Shown: piece after piece, positions 51,741 through 54,893 of the stretch
Position numbering within the stretch: position 1 is the first letter of the stretch
Layout: the number at the start of each line of letters is the position of its first letter
Virus record (IMG/VR): IMGVR_UViG_2880378312_000013
DNA length: 54,893 nucleotides
Strand: one strand, 5' to 3'
DNA from: a virus
Lineage: Duplodnaviria; Heunggongvirae; Uroviricota; Caudoviricetes
The notes under the pieces: model-generated
Databases searched by the model: none
What the model saw: only the letters and a program-made list of their open reading frames with translations
What the model was told of the DNA's origin: nothing
Position numbers and translations under genes: made by a program

Positions 51741-52045
51741 TGACCACTTTTACCGACAAAGAACTGATTAAAGAAATTAAAGAGCGTATCAGCAGCCTTG
51801 ACGTGCGAGACGATATTGAGCGCCGTGCTTATGAAATCGCACTCCTATCTCTGGAAGTAGAACCAGATGAACGCGAAGCTTATGAATTATTCATGGAAAA
51901 GCGTTTCGGTGACTTAGTAGATCGTCGGAGAGCAAAAAACGGCGATAACGAATACATGGCATGGGATATGACTCTCGGTTGGATCGTCTGGCAGCAACGA
52001 GCAGGTATCCATTTTTCAACAATGTCACAACAAGAGGTGAAATAA
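51740..52045 (+). CDS. hypothetical protein
   Basis: 101-aa ORF translationally coupled (TAATG) to xis. Confidence 0.4.
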   Translation: MTTFTDKELIKEIKERISSLDVRDDIERRAYEIALLSLEVEPDEREAYELFMEKRFGDLVDRRRAKNGDNEYMAWDMTLGWIVWQQRAGIHFSTMSQQEVK

Positions 52046-52395
52046 TGGAGCCATACAGCCTCACACTCGATGAGGCCTGTCATTTTCTCAAGATATCCAG
52101 ACCGACTGCCATTAACTGGATACGCACAGGGCGTCTTCAGGCAACACGCAAAGATCCCACTAAGAATAAATCTCCTTACCTCACAACACGACAAGCCTGC
52201 ATTGCGGCTCTTCAGTCTCCGCTGCATACTGTCCAGGTGAGCGCGGGTGATGGCATAACAGAGGAAAGAAAATGTCACTCTTCCGCAGAGGTGAAATATG
52301 GTACGCCAGTTTCACATTGCCGAACGGTAAAAGATTTAAACAGTCTCTTGGAACAAAGGACAAAAGGCAGGCGACAGAACTCCATGACAAGCTAA
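52045..52395 (+). CDS. xis: excisionase (P22 Xis-like)
   Basis: [36 protein letters not shown]... HTH; overlaps int start. Confidence 0.7.
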   Translation: MEPYSLTLDEACHFLKISRPTAINWIRTGRLQATRKDPTKNKSPYLTTRQACIAALQSPLHTVQVSAGDGITEERKCHSSAEVKYGTPVSHCRTVKDLNSLLEQRTKGRRQNSMTS

Positions 52396-53435
52396 AGGCT
52401 GAAGCATGGCGGGTCAGCAAACTTGGTGAAATACCTGATATAACGTTCGAGGAAGCGTGTGTCAGGTGGCTTGAAGAGAAAGCACATAAAAAATCGCTGG
52501 ACGATGACAAAAGCCGGATCGGATTCTGGCTTCAACATTTCGCAGGAATGCAACTAAGAGACATTACTGAATCAAAAATTTATTCAGCAATGCAGAAAAT
52601 GACGAACCGGCGTCATGAGGAAAACTGGAAACTCAGGGCAGAAGCATGCAGAAAAAAAGGGAAACCTGTTCCAGAATACACGCCAAAACCAGCGTCCGTT
52701 GCAACGAAGGCTACGCATCTTTCATTTATAAAGGCCCTACTAAGAGCCGCAGAGCGTGAATGGAAAATGCTGGATAAGGCACCAATTATTAAAGTGCCTC
52801 AACCAAAGAATAAACGGATCCGCTGGCTGGAGCCCCATGAAGCACAAAGGCTGATTGATGAATGTCCGGAGCCATTAAAGTCTGTTGTTGAATTTGCACT
52901 GGCAACAGGCTTAAGACGCTCGAACATCATCAACCTTGAATGGCAACAAATAGATATGCAGCGCCGGGTGGCATGGATAAACCCGGAAGAGAGTAAATCA
53001 AACCGCGCAATTGGCGTTGCGCTGAATGATACTGCATGTCGCGTATTGAAAAAACAAATCGGGAATCATCACCGTTGGGTATTTGTGTACAAGGAAAGCT
53101 GTACCAAACCAGACGGAACGAAAGCGCCAACAGTAAGGAAGATGCGGTATGACGCAAACACAGCCTGGAAAGCGGCGCTGAGACGGGCTGGTATTGATGA
53201 TTTCAGATTTCACGACTTGAGACACACCTGGGCAAGTTGGCTGGTTCAAGCCGGAGTCCCGTTGTCAGTGTTACAGGAAATGGGAGGCTGGGAGTCTATC
53301 GAAATGGTTCGTCGATATGCTCACCTTGCACCTAATCACCTTACCGAACACGCACGGCAAATAGACTCGATCCTGAACCCATCGGTCCCAAATTTGTCCC
53401 AGTCAAAAAATAAGGAAGGTACTAATGATGTGTAA
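52272..53435 (+). CDS. int: tyrosine integrase (P22-type)
   Basis: 387 aa ending in the catalytic box ([39 protein letters not shown]); stops 15 nt from the tRNA-Thr 3' end. Confidence 0.95.
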   Translation: MSLFRRGEIWYASFTLPNGKRFKQSLGTKDKRQATELHDKLKAEAWRVSKLGEIPDITFEEACVRWLEEKAHKKSLDDDKSRIGFWLQHFAGMQLRDITESKIYSAMQKMTNRRHEENWKLRAEACRKKGKPVPEYTPKPASVATKATHLSFIKALLRAAEREWKMLDKAPIIKVPQPKNKRIRWLEPHEAQRLIDECPEPLKSVVEFALATGLRRSNIINLEWQQIDMQRRVAWINPEESKSNRAIGVALNDTACRVLKKQIGNHHRWVFVYKESCTKPDGTKAPTVRKMRYDANTAWKAALRRAGIDDFRFHDLRHTWASWLVQAGVPLSVLQEMGGWESIEMVRRYAHLAPNHLTEHARQIDSILNPSVPNLSQSKNKEGTNDV

Positions 53436-53449
53436 CTTATTGATTTTAA

Positions 53450-53525
53450 TGGTGCCGATAATAGGAGTCGAACCTACGACCTTCGCATTACGAATGCGCT
53501 GCTCTACCAACTGAGCTATATCGGC
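53450..53525 (-). tRNA. thrW: tRNA-Thr (anticodon CGU)
   Basis: Reverse complement gives GCCGATATAGCTCAGTTGGTAGAGCAGCGCATTCGTAATGCGAAGGTCGTAGGTTCGACTCCTATTATCGGCACCA with intact cloverleaf and CCA. Confidence 0.9.
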
Positions 53526-53639
53526 CCTGAAAGGACATGTTCACGAACGTGAATCACGGTGGACAAGGTTAAAACTAACCGGGCGATGCGTCAATGGCCT
53601 TGTGAATCAAACGGCTACTTTTGCATCACCCGGTTTTAT

Positions 53640-54893
53640 TTACGCACGAATGGTGTAATCACCAATGCCGATCCACTTGTAAGTGGTCAGTGCTTCCAGC
53701 CCCATTGGGCCACGCGCGTGGAGTTTTTGTGTGCTTACCGCCACTTCCGCACCCAGTCCAAACTGGCCGCCGTCGGTAAAACGCGTAGAGGCGTTAACGT
53801 AAACAGCGGACGAATCCACTTCGTTAACAAAACGCTGGGCGTTGCGCATATCGCGGGTCAGGATCGCATCGGAGTGTTGCGTGCCGTGTTCACGAATATG
53901 GGCGATGGCATCGTCAAGATCGCTGACGATTTTGACGTTCAAATCTAATGACAGAAACTCATCGTCATACTCTTCGGCTTTAACCGCCACCACCTTCGCA
54001 GGGCCTGTCTGCAACTGCGCCAGCGCAGATGCATCTGCGTGTAACGTCACGCCGCTTTCCGCCATTTGTTTGCTTAATGCGGGCAGGAAGCTATAGGCGA
54101 TGTTTTTATTCACCAGCAACGTTTCTACCGTATTACATGTGCTCGGACGCTGAGTTTTCGCATTGACGATTACTTTCAGGGCTTCAGCAATCTCTGCACT
54201 TTCATCAACATAAATATGGCATACGCCTATACCACCTGTGATCACCGGGATCGTCGACTGCTCGCGGCACAGTTTATGCAAACCAGCCCCGCCGCGCGGG
54301 ATCAGCATGTCGATGTATTTATCCATACGCAGCATTTCACTGACCAGCGCACGGTCAGGATTATCAATCGCCTGCACGGCACCCGCCGGTAAGCCACAGG
54401 ATTTCAGGGCGTCCTGAATCACCACCACCGTTGCCGCGTTAGTGCGACAGGTTTCTTTGCCACCACGCAGGATCACCGCGTTACCGGTTTTCAGGCACAG
54501 CGAAGCGACATCAACCGTCACGTTCGGGCGCGCTTCATAAATCACGCCAATAACCCCCAGCGGTACGCGACGACGCTCAAGACGCAGGCCGCTGTCCAGT
54601 ACGCCGCCATCGATTACCTGCCCCACTGGATCGGCGAGGTTGCACACCTGACGTACATCGTCGGCAATGCCTTTCAGCCGTGCGGGCGTCAGTGCCAGAC
54701 GGTCAAGCATCGCTTCGCTAAGGCCATTGGCTCGCGCGTCAGCAACATCCTGGGCGTTAGCGTTGAGGATGATTTCGCTTTGTGCTTCCAGTTCATCGGC
54801 GATTTTTTCCAGCACGCGATTTTTTTCGCGGCTGGAGAGTTGCGCTAATTTATACGAGGCTTGCTTCGCGGCAATGCCCATTTGTTCCAGCAT
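53640..54893 (-). CDS. proA: gamma-glutamyl phosphate reductase
   Basis: 417-aa ORF, aldehyde-dehydrogenase fold; conserved proA-thrW neighbourhood. Confidence 0.95.

Overview
The window looks like an Escherichia/Shigella-type chromosome segment at the proA-thrW locus carrying two tandem integrated elements. On the right, about 13.9-53.5 kb, is a roughly 39.6 kb mosaic prophage bounded by a 46-bp direct repeat of the thrW 3' end. It has a P22-type int/xis next to the intact tRNA-Thr, a lambda-like cI/cro/O-like/Q region, lambda-type lysis genes and bor, an HK97-like head module, a Mu-like contractile tail with a DNA-invertase-controlled invertible tail-fibre segment, an IS629 insertion, and cargo at both the Q-lysis junction and the att-proximal end. 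On the left, about 1.0-13.96 kb, is a roughly 12.9 kb P4-like satellite (P4-type integrase, AlpA, alpha-like primase, Sid/Psu/Ogr-delta-like genes). Its delta-to-int variable slot (9.3-12.6 kb) holds an AT-rich, tightly overlapping cassette: a PD-(D/E)xK-like effector candidate, a small middle protein and a coiled-coil SMC-like ABC ATPase. The architecture resembles Lamassu/ABC-3C defence systems, but the reading frames are interrupted by an in-frame stop and a frameshift at an A7 tract. This cassette is the most interesting locus; family assignment and functionality could not be verified without searches. No CRISPR array or rRNA was found. All calls rest on reading the ORF translations and the DNA by eye; hand-derived coordinates (repeats, terminators, internal starts) are good to about +-2 nt.
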